A stretch of DNA of 64,000 bases from a virus (IMGVR_UViG_3300037418_000775:28636-92635), one strand, 5' to 3'. Counted from the first letter of the stretch, positions 44,935 through 54,088 are shown. A program made the numbers and translations. The notes: a model not told the origin generated them from the sequence alone.

Positions 44935-45373
44935 CGACGAGTTCGGCACTCCAGACTACATCTTCGGACCCTTGGATAGGGAGTTTCACTTTGTCCGTGA
45001 TGTGGCGGCCAGCGACCGCAACCATAAGGTCAGCCGCTACTTCACGAAAGAGGACAATGCACTCGAACAGGATTGGGGAGACCCGGGGGACACCGTCTGG
45101 TGTAACCCGCCCTACTCCCGGGGTAACGTCGAAGCCTTTGCGCGTAAGGCAGACGCGGAGAGCACTCGGGGGGTTACCACCGTCATGTTGGTCCCGGCTC
45201 GCGTTGAGCAGCCGTGGTTCCATGACCTGGTACTAAGCAACCCTCATAACGAAGTCCGATTCATCAAAGGCCGCGTTAAATACAACGGCGGCAAAACATC
45301 AGCACGATTCCCCTCGATGCTGGTGATATTCCGACCCTGGGACGGCTTCGTTCCATGGTCGTCACTTAGATAG
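44909..45373 (+). CDS. Phage Dam-like DNA N6-adenine methyltransferase (small, PF05869-like)
   Basis: FGTPDYIFGPLDREFHFVRDVAA at the N-terminus; catalytic motif WCNPPY; 154 aa. Confidence 0.6.
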   Translation: MPDYLDKNSDEFGTPDYIFGPLDREFHFVRDVAASDRNHKVSRYFTKEDNALEQDWGDPGDTVWCNPPYSRGNVEAFARKADAESTRGVTTVMLVPARVEQPWFHDLVLSNPHNEVRFIKGRVKYNGGKTSARFPSMLVIFRPWDGFVPWSSLR

Positions 45374-45380
45374 AGAGACC

Positions 45381-45776
45381 TTGGAATACACTCCCGGATT
45401 CGTCCTTGCGGTCATCGCTAATGACGAACTTATTAGCAGTTTCCTCGAAAGCACGACGGGCGTCTTGACCCCGTCACACTATGATAACGCCCCGAAGCAG
45501 GTCGTGGAGTTCCTTCAGCAAGAGGGCCACACACTCTGGAACACGGGGAACCGCACGACGAACGTCCCGAGCCGGGGCGGGATGCGTGAGAATCTGATCA
45601 TCTGGAGGGCGGATATCGCTCAGGCCAGGAAGACATTGTCTCTCGAAGAGGACATGGCGTTGATGCAGCGCGCCAGCCGTAAGGCGGGCCGTCCTAGTAG
45701 TAAACTAACGGAAGTGAGTGAGAGGGCTCTCGCTAAAGTGTGTGCCTTCTTGAACGACGATGGCTCCGCTGACTGA
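45381..45776 (+). CDS. Hypothetical protein
   Basis: 131-aa ORF. Confidence 0.45.
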   Translation: MEYTPGFVLAVIANDELISSFLESTTGVLTPSHYDNAPKQVVEFLQQEGHTLWNTGNRTTNVPSRGGMRENLIIWRADIAQARKTLSLEEDMALMQRASRKAGRPSSKLTEVSERALAKVCAFLNDDGSAD

Positions 45777-46143
45777 CTACTATCGCGTCCATAAGGACGG
45801 GGGGCTGGAGTTTACACAGGCCTACTTCGATCTCTCCCTACGGGATAAGAAACGGGTGGCCTTGCGTATGGAGTTAGAGGGCCTCTTAGAGAGCCCTCGG
45901 ACTCTGCACCGACTCGGCAACGCCCTCATGCAACACAGCACCCCTCTCGCCAAGGAAGATTGGCCGTGTTGGGGGGTCAGGAACCTATCCAAGAAAGCAC
46001 GAGAGGCGGACAATGACGAGTTACCGTCTATCATCCGGGCCATCATTATGGACTACCCGGACGGGAACGTGTCCCTAGAATACCTAGCGACACTCTTTGA
46101 AATCACGGAGGATGACCTCAATGCCGAAGACGGCGGCGAGTGA
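45760..46143 (+). CDS. Hypothetical protein
   Basis: 127-aa ORF. Confidence 0.45.
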   Translation: MAPLTDYYRVHKDGGLEFTQAYFDLSLRDKKRVALRMELEGLLESPRTLHRLGNALMQHSTPLAKEDWPCWGVRNLSKKAREADNDELPSIIRAIIMDYPDGNVSLEYLATLFEITEDDLNAEDGGE

Positions 46144-46903
46144 ACGCTACAGGATAGCGTATCTAGACATCGAGACCGCCCCTAATCTGGGCTACGTTTG
46201 GCAGATGTACGAGCAGAACGTCATCGCGTTCGAACACGAGTGGTACATCCTCTCGTTCAGCGTGAAGTGGGAGGGTAGCCCGAAGGTCGAGACCTACTGC
46301 TTACCGGACTATAAGGGTTACTACTCGGTCAACCCGGACGACGATTTCATGCTTGTGAAAGAACTGCATCGAGTCCTGGACGAGGCTGACTTGGTGGTCT
46401 GGCACAATGGTGATAAGTTCGATAAGCGCAAGATCAATGCGCGGTTCATCTATCACGGTATGTCCCCGCCCTCCCCGTACGGCTCCTACGATACGCTGAA
46501 GCAAGCCCGTAAGGTCGCGGCGTTCAACTCGAACAAGTTGAACGACCTGGCTCAGCACTTTGGGTTGGGCAAGAAGGCCAAGCATAACGGCGTGGAGACC
46601 TGGCTCGGATGTCTGAAGGGTGACCCGGTAGCATGGAAAACCATGGCCCGCTACAATGCCAAGGACGTGGTGCTCCTGGAGAAGGTCTACAAGCGTCTGC
46701 GCCCCTGGGGACCGCACCCGGACGTGACTTACAAACAGGTCACCAAGAAGCCCAAGTGCCCCGCCTGTGGCTCTACAAAGGTCGAGAAACGCGGCTGGCG
46801 GCCTGCGCTGACCTATCGCTCTCGGTCATACCATTGTCTCTCCTGCGGCAAGTACAGCCAGGGAGAACGGGAGAAGATACCCGGGGCCCAGAGGTTGCGC
46901 TAA
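46121..46903 (+). CDS. DEDDy-type 3-5 exonuclease (RNase H-like fold) with C-terminal zinc ribbon
   Basis: Exo I YLDIETAPN, Exo II VVWHNGDKFD, Exo III YNAKDV; C-terminal CPACGS...CLSCGK; probable start at ATG 46121 (the track ORF started at 46097). Confidence 0.6.
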   Translation: MPKTAASERYRIAYLDIETAPNLGYVWQMYEQNVIAFEHEWYILSFSVKWEGSPKVETYCLPDYKGYYSVNPDDDFMLVKELHRVLDEADLVVWHNGDKFDKRKINARFIYHGMSPPSPYGSYDTLKQARKVAAFNSNKLNDLAQHFGLGKKAKHNGVETWLGCLKGDPVAWKTMARYNAKDVVLLEKVYKRLRPWGPHPDVTYKQVTKKPKCPACGSTKVEKRGWRPALTYRSRSYHCLSCGKYSQGEREKIPGAQRLR

Positions 46904-47178
46904 TGGGTACTTATGACCCCGATATGACGCAGTACAGGGGTCCTGCGATCCTTCCAGACCAGACTATTTGGAATTGGTACACCCGCTCGCAACCCCACAA
47001 TGTTCACTTCTGCCTCTGTGGGAAGCGGCTGGCATGGTGCGCTTGCGATAGGTGCAAGGCGGACCCGGACTACCCCTTCTGCCACACCCCCATCCAATGG
47101 GATTTCTGCCATTGTTCGATCACCATGACGCGCGAACTGGAGGGGATAGTGGAGGAAGCATTGACAGGTACTACCTAG
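46904..47178 (+). CDS. Cys/His-rich hypothetical protein
   Basis: HFCLCGKRLAWCACDRCK...FCHTP..FCHCS; the track ORF 46633..47178 begins inside the previous gene, so the start was reset to ATG 46904. Confidence 0.4.
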
Positions 47179-47190
47179 TATGGTAGTATT
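47162..47190 (+). promoter_or_regulatory. Rightward promoter TTGACA-N17-TAGTAT (TGG extended -10; spacer inverted repeat CTACC..GGTAG)
   Basis: Same family as 37454-37482; followed by a structured leader of about 250 nt. Confidence 0.55.
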
Positions 47191-47400
47191 AAGCAGTATC
47201 GTCTGTGAATGGCTTCTAGAGGGTACATCCTGTCCCGTACTGTTAGCGCCTTGGGTACGGCGGTCGTAGGCAGGCATTTACAAGGCGCTTCATGGGGCCT
47301 CATAGATCGCCCGGTATCCTGGTGCCTCCCCGCTAGCGCGGACGGTGCCTAACAGCCGGAGACTCCGGGGGCAGTACCCGGAAGGCTCCACCAATTTAAC

Positions 47401-47430
47401 TGTCACGTTATTCTGTAGAAGAACGTGACA
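47401..47430. promoter_or_regulatory. Perfect 9-bp inverted repeat TGTCACGTT-N12-AACGTGACA, 18 nt upstream of the 47448 gene
   Basis: Read from the sequence; operator or RNA hairpin candidate overlapping the RBS region. Confidence 0.5.
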
Positions 47431-47447
47431 TTCTAGGAGAAAAGCAA

Positions 47448-47762
47448 ATGGATTTGCTCATTCGCCTCTTGCAGGCCTGCGGTCTGCTGAAGAAGGCTGA
47501 AGATAAGATCGCGTCCCTTAAGCAGGATGCGAATGATGCGCTCAAACTTGCTCAGGAGAAGGCCGCCGAGGTTCGTGCCGTTGCCGCTGAGCATGAGAAA
47601 GCCGCCGAAGCCACCATCGAACACCTGTCGGAGATGATCCGCCGCGAAGTGGTGCGCCTGCACAACGTCCAATCCATCGCGGAAGGCGTTGCCGAGATTG
47701 AAGAACTGTTCGCTCCCAAACCGACCACGGCTCCCCCGGCACCGGAAACGGAGGCCAAATAG
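47448..47762 (+). CDS. Coiled-coil protein
   Basis: 104 aa, Ala/Glu/Lys-rich heptads; AGGAGA RBS. Confidence 0.45.
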   Translation: MDLLIRLLQACGLLKKAEDKIASLKQDANDALKLAQEKAAEVRAVAAEHEKAAEATIEHLSEMIRREVVRLHNVQSIAEGVAEIEELFAPKPTTAPPAPETEAK

Positions 47763-48208
47763 TGTCGTGGAATCTTGACGAGGAGCACCTTGTCGGAGGG
47801 GTGGTTTCGAAGATGGAACTCTCTGATGACAAGACCGTTCTGCGACTCACCTTGACCAACTCCAACACCAAGAAGACTGGCCTGGTAGACTTAATCACCG
47901 AAGGGGACTGTTGTTCCCATTCGTGGATTGAGCATCTGCAGGGAGTGAAGCAACTCTTGGGTGAGCCGATCATCGGTATCGAGGAGGTGGGTATGCCCGA
48001 TCCGAGTCCCGAGGAAGAGGAAGGCCATGAGTGCCTGCAGGTCTATGGAACACGTCTGCTTTCGCCGCGAGGTGCTTTGCTCATTGACTTCCGTAACTCT
48101 AGCAACGGCTACTACGGCGGTTGGATTTATAGCGTAGACGGTGGCTCTACCTACGGTCGAAACTTTAAGTACGGTCGAAACTTTAAGACGGTCACGGAGG
48201 ATTTCTAA
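47762..48208 (+). CDS. Hypothetical protein
   Basis: 148 aa; contains the tandem peptide YGRNFK twice. Confidence 0.45.
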   Translation: MSWNLDEEHLVGGVVSKMELSDDKTVLRLTLTNSNTKKTGLVDLITEGDCCSHSWIEHLQGVKQLLGEPIIGIEEVGMPDPSPEEEEGHECLQVYGTRLLSPRGALLIDFRNSSNGYYGGWIYSVDGGSTYGRNFKYGRNFKTVTEDF

Positions 48209-48559
48209 ATGGAATCCTCCGTCCCCCGCATAGATATCGAGACCTTCGCGGGTATCGTCGCAGACTTCAATAAGACCTTCAACGCACAGCCGGATTTCGG
48301 CTTTCGCTTGCGCCTCACCAACGAGGAACTCGGGGAGATGTGCAAGGCCGAAGGCAAGGGTGACCGGGTAGAAGAGGAACGCGAATGGGCGGACCTTCTC
48401 TTCGTGGTCATCGGGCACGGCTTAGCCATGGGCTATGACGTGGAGGCGGCTATGGCCTACGTCGGGCAGAAGAACTTCAAGAAGATTCAAAATGCGGCCA
48501 ATATGAAAGTTGGCCCCTCCGGTAAAGTACTCAAACCGGAAGATCAGGAGCACGTATGA
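48209..48559 (+). CDS. mazG: MazG-like nucleoside triphosphate pyrophosphohydrolase
   Basis: EELGEMCKAEGKGDRVEEEREWADLLFVVIGHGLAMGYDVEAA matches the MazG/HisE all-alpha EExxE...E..D motifs. Confidence 0.6.
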   Translation: MESSVPRIDIETFAGIVADFNKTFNAQPDFGFRLRLTNEELGEMCKAEGKGDRVEEEREWADLLFVVIGHGLAMGYDVEAAMAYVGQKNFKKIQNAANMKVGPSGKVLKPEDQEHV

Positions 48560-48720
48560 GGCGCTGGTTTGCCTTCAGTCTTGACTCTGACCCTGACCAA
48601 TGCGAGATTACATTCTCGTTCACGACGCCAAACGGCGTATCGGCAGGTGGCGCGTTGACGCTGACTGCCGTACCTGCTGAGGCACTCGCCATTCTTACCG
48701 AGGAGGTATCCAATGCTTAA
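48556..48720 (+). CDS. Small hypothetical protein (54 aa)
   Basis: Its ATG overlaps the MazG stop (ATGA); below the length cut-off of the ORF track. Confidence 0.3.
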   Translation: MRRWFAFSLDSDPDQCEITFSFTTPNGVSAGGALTLTAVPAEALAILTEEVSNA

Positions 48721-48810
48721 GAACATCATCGAGGAACGCGGTTGGTTGCAACTCTGCGCTCTTACCGCCTTCTCTGTAGGGTTTGGCGTTTGGGTGGCGA
48801 TGGCTGTGAA

Positions 48811-49011
48811 ATGGCTGTTCTAAGGGCCTGCGGAGTAACCGACCACTACCAGGTCCCTGAACATGAGCAAACCGCCGCCTGCGAAGGCGGCTGGTGTAAA
48901 TACTGCTGTGGCAACGGTGGGCCGAGCGTCTACTTCTGTGACTTCTGCCTGCTCCCGAACTGTGGCTTCGGGGAGTGTATTAGGAAGAGGAAGAGAGAGG
49001 GGCAGAAATGA
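48811..49011 (+). CDS. Cys-rich small protein
   Basis: CEGGWCKYCCGNGG...CDFCLLPNCGFGEC; start uncertain (track ORF from 48742). Confidence 0.35.
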   Translation: MAVLRACGVTDHYQVPEHEQTAACEGGWCKYCCGNGGPSVYFCDFCLLPNCGFGECIRKRKREGQK

Positions 49012-49145
49012 ATTTCCTTCAGCGGCTGTTCCACCGTCATACCTGGAAGTTGGTCTCGGTCACTTGCTACCAGGTCATATCCGTATCAATCGAGGAGTGT
49101 ATTGAGTGTGGTCGTCAACGAGAGACCGCCGTACTCATGGACTAA

Positions 49146-49421
49146 ATGGCCACCAAACGTATCCCCAAGTGGACCCCTGTCATCGTCGTGTGGGAAGATG
49201 CGGTCACCGTATATGACCCCTCCCATAGTGACGAAGACCACCCCACGGCCATTCGCCGCACCATCGGGTTCTTGATAGCCAAGAACAAGAAGGGTGTCTC
49301 GGTAGCGATGGAAGACGACCGTGGGGCAGACGCCTACGAGGCCGACTGCCAGACGGTCACCTCGATCCCATCTAAGATGATCAAGCAGATCATTCGTCTA
49401 GGAGAGTACCGTGAGTCCTGA
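49146..49421 (+). CDS. Hypothetical protein
   Basis: 91-aa ORF. Confidence 0.4.
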   Translation: MATKRIPKWTPVIVVWEDAVTVYDPSHSDEDHPTAIRRTIGFLIAKNKKGVSVAMEDDRGADAYEADCQTVTSIPSKMIKQIIRLGEYRES

Positions 49422-49824
49422 ACTCGACGCTGCACTTGTGCGTGACTTCCCGAATTGGTTTCAACAGCGATCCCTGTCAATGCGTGAGTCCTGCATGGGT
49501 AGGGGCTTCGAGTGTGGGGACGGATGGGAGATGCTCATTCGTGAACTCGCAACCGTCATGGAACCGCTGGCCATTCGGTATGGCATCCAATGCTCTCAGG
49601 TCAAAGAGAAGTTCGGACTGCTTCGCATCTACTTCGACTATGACTACGAGAACCCACCCCCGAACGAGGTTCTCGAACGTGTTTGGGAGCGGTTGGCCGA
49701 CAACGAGTCCAGGTCCGCATCGGTGTGCGAACGGTGTGGCAGTACGAATGACGTTACGACCGAGGCCCGCCAGGGCTATTGGATTGTGACAGAGTGTGCA
49801 ACCTGCCGAGCGACCACTCACTAG
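49411..49824 (+). CDS. Hypothetical protein with C-terminal CxxC pair
   Basis: 137 aa; CERCGS...CATC. Confidence 0.4.
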   Translation: MSPELDAALVRDFPNWFQQRSLSMRESCMGRGFECGDGWEMLIRELATVMEPLAIRYGIQCSQVKEKFGLLRIYFDYDYENPPPNEVLERVWERLADNESRSASVCERCGSTNDVTTEARQGYWIVTECATCRATTH

Positions 49825-49827
49825 CCT

Positions 49828-49856
49828 AGTGCATAGAACCTTTCTTGGTAGTACAA
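49828..49856 (+). promoter_or_regulatory. Extended -10 promoter candidate (TTGGTAGTACAAT) with weak -35
   Basis: Same TGGTAGTA-type -10 region as the other phage promoters; followed by a short hairpin and AAGGAAGG RBS before TTG 49898. Confidence 0.35.
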
Positions 49857-49897
49857 TAGGATGAGGGTGTGCATCCTAAAACCAAGGAAGGTTATTC

Positions 49898-51283
49898 TTG
49901 CAGAGTAAATACTTCGCGGCTATCATCGCCGCTCTGCTGGCGGTGTTCGCTGGCTTCGGGATTATCTCCTCGACGCCCGACACCGTGACCGTTACTACCG
50001 CGCCAAGCGCGTACCCGGAGGTTTCACCATCAGCATCTCCATCAAACCCCTCTCCGGTACCGAGCGCATCCGTGGCTCCCGTGCCACTTACCTCTCCGTC
50101 CGTTGTCCCCACGGTGACTTCTACACCGTTAACGGCAACATCGTCACCCTCCCCGACTGTTGCGCCGACGAGTACACCCACCCCTGGAACTATTCCGAGG
50201 CACGTCCTGACGGCGGACTATTGGCTGACGATAGACCCGAATAAGGCGGCCCCATACCTCACGTTCGAGTACCCGTCTTCAGCGAACTACCAGGTCACGC
50301 ACGACGCGGGCATCAAGACCGTGGCGTATATGAATCCGCTCATGCCGGATAAGACCAACACCCAGGTCGCCCAGGAATACCCGCTCATCACCGGGGCTTA
50401 CGCTTCGGCCCAGGCTAAGGACTGTAGTGGCAACGTCATCCTGACGTACAACCAGACCGGGTTCCTGACGAATGTATATGACTACCAGGTCACCGTTCCC
50501 TACGTTCAGGCTACCGTCACCAACATGGAAAGCAAAGCCCCGGATGTTCTGTTCTTCGACAACGCTAATGATATGTATGGGACCACGGCCCATCCGTGCA
50601 ACTACACCGCCGCGTCCTGGACGACGGCGCTGGATAAGGTCCTGGATTCCCTTCCGGCTCAGCACGTTTGGCTGAACACCTTGGCCGTTGGCCCGGTAGC
50701 AAACCAGGTCGCAGGATTGAACAGCACCAACGTGGATGGTGGGGAGTATGAGCATTGTTTCACGGACAATGCCTGGGTGAACGCGGAGAACGCGGCCCTG
50801 CAGGCCCATGCGATCCATAAAGGCTTTTGGTGCTACGCGAACAGCGCCAATTCATCGAAGGCTGCGGACACCGTTCTGCAGGAACGGCTGTTCAACTATG
50901 CCTCGTTCCTACTGACCTATAATCCCTCGACAGATATCTTCCAAGAGTGGTACGCCACCTCAAGTGGCTTCAAGGTCATGCCCGAAACGGGGTTTGTCGC
51001 CCTCTCCCCGGCCTACGGTATCTCGACCGTGAGTGCCGCGCAGTACACCGGAGGCGTGTACGAGCGTTCCTATAATGAGTGCTACTACCAAGGACAGTCG
51101 CTAGGACCGTGTAAGATTGTGGTAAACCCAGGAAGCGCAAGCACCCCGGTCCCGTATATCACAGGCTTCACCCATAGTATGGTCTTACATGGAAGCAGTA
51201 TCCTCGATGGCGGGAGTGTGACGTTCGATGGTACGGCCTCGCAGACGCTGGCCCCCTTGACTGCCGAAATACTTATTCACTAG
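49898..51283 (+). CDS. Secreted or membrane-anchored protein with Pro/Thr/Ser-rich mucin-like linker and putative glycoside-hydrolase-like C-terminal domain
   Basis: TTG start; N-terminal hydrophobic helix; low-complexity S/T/P linker of about 90 aa; C-terminal globular domain of about 330 aa (Trp/Tyr/Asn-rich) with no firm family assignment. Confidence 0.5.
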   Translation: MQSKYFAAIIAALLAVFAGFGIISSTPDTVTVTTAPSAYPEVSPSASPSNPSPVPSASVAPVPLTSPSVVPTVTSTPLTATSSPSPTVAPTSTPTPGTIPRHVLTADYWLTIDPNKAAPYLTFEYPSSANYQVTHDAGIKTVAYMNPLMPDKTNTQVAQEYPLITGAYASAQAKDCSGNVILTYNQTGFLTNVYDYQVTVPYVQATVTNMESKAPDVLFFDNANDMYGTTAHPCNYTAASWTTALDKVLDSLPAQHVWLNTLAVGPVANQVAGLNSTNVDGGEYEHCFTDNAWVNAENAALQAHAIHKGFWCYANSANSSKAADTVLQERLFNYASFLLTYNPSTDIFQEWYATSSGFKVMPETGFVALSPAYGISTVSAAQYTGGVYERSYNECYYQGQSLGPCKIVVNPGSASTPVPYITGFTHSMVLHGSSILDGGSVTFDGTASQTLAPLTAEILIH

Positions 51284-51287
51284 CCCC

Positions 51288-51316
51288 TTGACAGAAGGGG
51301 GCGCAGGCACTACCAT
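51288..51316 (+). promoter_or_regulatory. Promoter candidate TTGACA-N17-TACCAT
   Basis: Consensus -35 but weak -10; upstream of the SPFH gene, whose RBS is AGGAG. Confidence 0.35.
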
Positions 51317-51358
51317 AATAGGTAAGCCCACCCCCTTTCTAATAAGGAGTTTTAGTGT

Positions 51359-52279
51359 ATGGGGTTTCTTAAATTCGCGCTGATGCTTATTGGCGTTGTT
51401 ATTGCCCTCGGTGGATTTGCGATGGCCCTCCGCCATGCGACCACCACGACCCCCGGAGATCGGTACACCGAAGACAAGACTGAGTTCGACCTGACGAAGG
51501 TCAACGTCGTCCCGGCAATTCTCGGTGTCATCCTGTGCATCGGATGCTTCGTCTTCCAGGGTTCGTTCGGCATCGTCCCCTCAGGTTCGGTTGGCGTCGT
51601 CCTGCGTAACAGCGCGACGACGGGCAAGGTGCTCCTGCCGGGGTTGTACTCGGTGACACCGTTCTTCGAGAAAGTCGAACTGCTCAATACGCAGACGGAG
51701 GCCTACCCGGTCAACAACGCATCGGCAGCATCCCACGACCTGCAGGAAGTCAGCACGAATATCGTCCTCAACTTCCATCCTGACGCTACTCATGCGGTGG
51801 ATATCTGGAACGACCTGCGGAACGATTATACGGATCGCATCGTCGCCCCGGCTGTCCAAGAAGCGATGAAGGCGGCTACGGCGAATTACACCGCCGAGCA
51901 ACTTATCACCGAACGCTACAAGGCGCAGGAGGATTTCCGTAAGGACCTGACCTCGCGCATGAATCAGTTCCATCTGATTATTGACGCGATCAGCATGACG
52001 GATTTCCGCTTCTCGGATCAGTTCAACCAAGCCATCGAGGCGAAGGTGACGCAAGAGCAATCCGCTCTACAGGCCAAAGCCAAGTTGGAGCAGGTGAAAT
52101 ACGAAGCCGAGCAGACGCGCACCAAAGCGGACGCGGAAGCCTATGCGAACCGCGTGAAGCAACAGTCCCTGACTCCCGAACTTGTGCAGTACGAAGCCAT
52201 CCAGCAATGGGACGGACATCTACCGCAGTACACCGGAGGCCAGATTCCCTTCATCAACGTCGCACCCGCCAAGACCTAA
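51359..52279 (+). CDS. SPFH / Band-7 (prohibitin or HflK-like) membrane protein
   Basis: N-terminal transmembrane helix; SPFH core (PFFEKVELLNTQTE...VDIWNDLRNDYTDRIVAPAVQEAMKAATANYTAEQLITER); C-terminal coiled coil. Confidence 0.75.
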   Translation: MGFLKFALMLIGVVIALGGFAMALRHATTTTPGDRYTEDKTEFDLTKVNVVPAILGVILCIGCFVFQGSFGIVPSGSVGVVLRNSATTGKVLLPGLYSVTPFFEKVELLNTQTEAYPVNNASAASHDLQEVSTNIVLNFHPDATHAVDIWNDLRNDYTDRIVAPAVQEAMKAATANYTAEQLITERYKAQEDFRKDLTSRMNQFHLIIDAISMTDFRFSDQFNQAIEAKVTQEQSALQAKAKLEQVKYEAEQTRTKADAEAYANRVKQQSLTPELVQYEAIQQWDGHLPQYTGGQIPFINVAPAKT

Positions 52280-52294
52280 AAGGAGCACAGGGCC

Positions 52295-52609
52295 ATGGAA
52301 ACCGAAACGCTGTCAGTCGTAGAGAGCCAAGGTCCGAAGCAGGCCATCCTGACCGGGAAGAAGCAGTTCTTCCTGGTCTGGAGCCCGCAGGGTCCGACAC
52401 CTCCGAAGAACGTCTATGGTACGCACGGCCACGCGCTCAAGATAGCGGCGACCATGCACAGCAAATACCCTGACCAAGATTTCTTCGTCTGCAAGGCCAA
52501 GACCGTATTCCGGGGAGGCGCAGAGAAGTACATGAACCTGGCAAAACTGCCTAAGAACAACGGCAAGAAGAAAGTTACTACCAGGTCAACAGACCTAACG
52601 CTTGCATAA
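52295..52609 (+). CDS. Hypothetical basic protein
   Basis: 104 aa; co-transcribed with the SPFH gene and followed by a terminator. Confidence 0.45.
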   Translation: METETLSVVESQGPKQAILTGKKQFFLVWSPQGPTPPKNVYGTHGHALKIAATMHSKYPDQDFFVCKAKTVFRGGAEKYMNLAKLPKNNGKKKVTTRSTDLTLA

Positions 52610-52620
52610 CAGCAAGGGTT

Positions 52621-52650
52621 AGGGGGCCCCATGAAAAGTGGGGCCCCTTT
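52621..52650 (+). terminator. Rho-independent terminator
   Basis: GGGGGCCCC / loop atgaaaagt / GGGGCCCC, followed by TTTC. Confidence 0.65.
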
Positions 52651-52668
52651 CATAGGAGTGAGTCATCC

Positions 52669-53169
52669 ATGGGAAAAGTAGAAGTTATCAAAAACTGCAC
52701 TGAGTTCGTTACCCGGGAACGCAACGCGCAGGATTCATGGGACCGGGGCGATACAAGTACGGACTGGACGATTCACGGGATTAAATCATCGAGAGCATCC
52801 TACGATCTGATCGTCCCGTTCGACGTAAAGTTCGGTAAGCGATACCACCTGTTGTATGCTATCTACAGCACGGGCGATTCGTTCGGTCACAACGAACGGG
52901 CCTGCTTCGAGGCCATTGGGGTGTACGAGGATACGGCTGAGAGTCTGGCGATGGCGTTCGAGAATAAGCGGCGGATTGAAGGTCACTACTACGTCTATGG
53001 ACGGAGTGCTCAATTCCTGCCAGACCCTCCCTCAGTAGAGGACTACCCAGAGCAGTTCTCCATAACCTTGCTCAATTCAAAAGGGGAGGAGTTCAAGATG
53101 CACGTTCCCTGGTGCGGGTACTTCGAAAGCCTGGAAGAATTGGAAATAAAAGAGGTAGTATGTCAGTAA
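52669..53169 (+). CDS. Hypothetical protein
   Basis: 166 aa; AGGAG RBS. Confidence 0.45.
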   Translation: MGKVEVIKNCTEFVTRERNAQDSWDRGDTSTDWTIHGIKSSRASYDLIVPFDVKFGKRYHLLYAIYSTGDSFGHNERACFEAIGVYEDTAESLAMAFENKRRIEGHYYVYGRSAQFLPDPPSVEDYPEQFSITLLNSKGEEFKMHVPWCGYFESLEELEIKEVVCQ

Positions 53170-53786
53170 CCAAGGACGATCCCGACATTCGCTGGAGAAG
53201 GTCCGAAATGGACCTTCTTGTCTTCGCACTTTTGGATAATCAGATGCGGATGATCATCGGCATGAACACACCCCCGGATGGGAGTGATCCGAGCCCCGAG
53301 CAACAGGAGCAGATCAATATGGCCATAGTTACGCTCCAGCGTATCAAGGCCACGGTCGAAGGCGGCGGAGTTGTCGAGGATCAGGTGGACCCGGTGGATG
53401 TCGCTATTCGTGCTACCAGGTCAGGGCCACCCCCACCGCAGAAGAGTGAGATTGACAGTATCCTGGCGGCAGTCGCGGCTGAGATAAAGGAAACGCTGAC
53501 CACCGAGGACGGGGCCCGGATCATCGTAGATAGCGGCCGAGGTGGGTGCTACTATGCGCCTACGGTCACGGGCAAGGTGCTTCGCTTCAAGGCGACCCGC
53601 ATCGTGTCACCGAGCGAAATCTATGGCCTTGAATTAGATGCGTCGGGGAACGTGGACAACTTCGAGGAAGTGCTGCTGCCGGATGAACTCTTCTTCGATT
53701 ATGCGAACGCCTGCGAGCGGGCCGAAGACATGGCGAAATGGCGAGCAAGTGTGCTCAAGCCAGGAGATGAGGGATATGCAGACTAA
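53160..53786 (+). CDS. Hypothetical protein
   Basis: Probable start at ATG 53160 overlapping the upstream stop (track ORF from 53112). Confidence 0.45.
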   Translation: MSVTKDDPDIRWRRSEMDLLVFALLDNQMRMIIGMNTPPDGSDPSPEQQEQINMAIVTLQRIKATVEGGGVVEDQVDPVDVAIRATRSGPPPPQKSEIDSILAAVAAEIKETLTTEDGARIIVDSGRGGCYYAPTVTGKVLRFKATRIVSPSEIYGLELDASGNVDNFEEVLLPDELFFDYANACERAEDMAKWRASVLKPGDEGYAD

Positions 53787-53802
53787 GGGATATGCAGACT
53801 AA
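53771..53802. repeat. Perfect tandem duplication 2 x 16 bp (GGGATATGCAGACTAA) spanning a gene junction
   Basis: Copy 1 holds the stop of the 53160 gene; copy 2 holds the ATG of the 53792 gene; followed by 2 x 9 bp CGACGTATG. Confidence 0.85.
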
Positions 53803-54088
53803 CGACGTATGCGACGTATGCAAGGCTGAGCCCATCAAGGGTGTAGCCTGTTCCCCATTAGGGCCAATCTCTCTGGGTTATGGACAGAAGTGTCTGGAGG
53901 CCAAGGCTGAGCCGCTATGGCTCATCCAGGCCGCACTAGACTGTGACTCAGAAGAGGAACTCAAAACAGTCTTGGTGGAGGGACTCAAGCGCATCCCGCT
54001 TTGGTGGGTGACGAGTCTGAAAGTCTATGACCGTGGAGTGTACCAGCCGATCATGGAGTGGGCAGCGCGCCGTGACTTGGATTTGTAA
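53792..54088 (+). CDS. Hypothetical protein
   Basis: 98-aa ORF. Confidence 0.4.
   Translation: MQTNDVCDVCKAEPIKGVACSPLGPISLGYGQKCLEAKAEPLWLIQAALDCDSEEELKTVLVEGLKRIPLWWVTSLKVYDRGVYQPIMEWAARRDLDL

Noticed and set aside
46633-46903. Upstream extensions of track ORFs (46633 start for the 46904 gene; 33295 for the HTH gene; 33332 for the 32436 gene; 21926 for the lipoprotein)
   Set aside because: The extensions overlap the preceding gene or a promoter. Internal ATGs with proper RBS and spacing give sensible N-termini (a signal peptide for the lipoprotein, MEEQNTL preceded by AGAGG, and so on).
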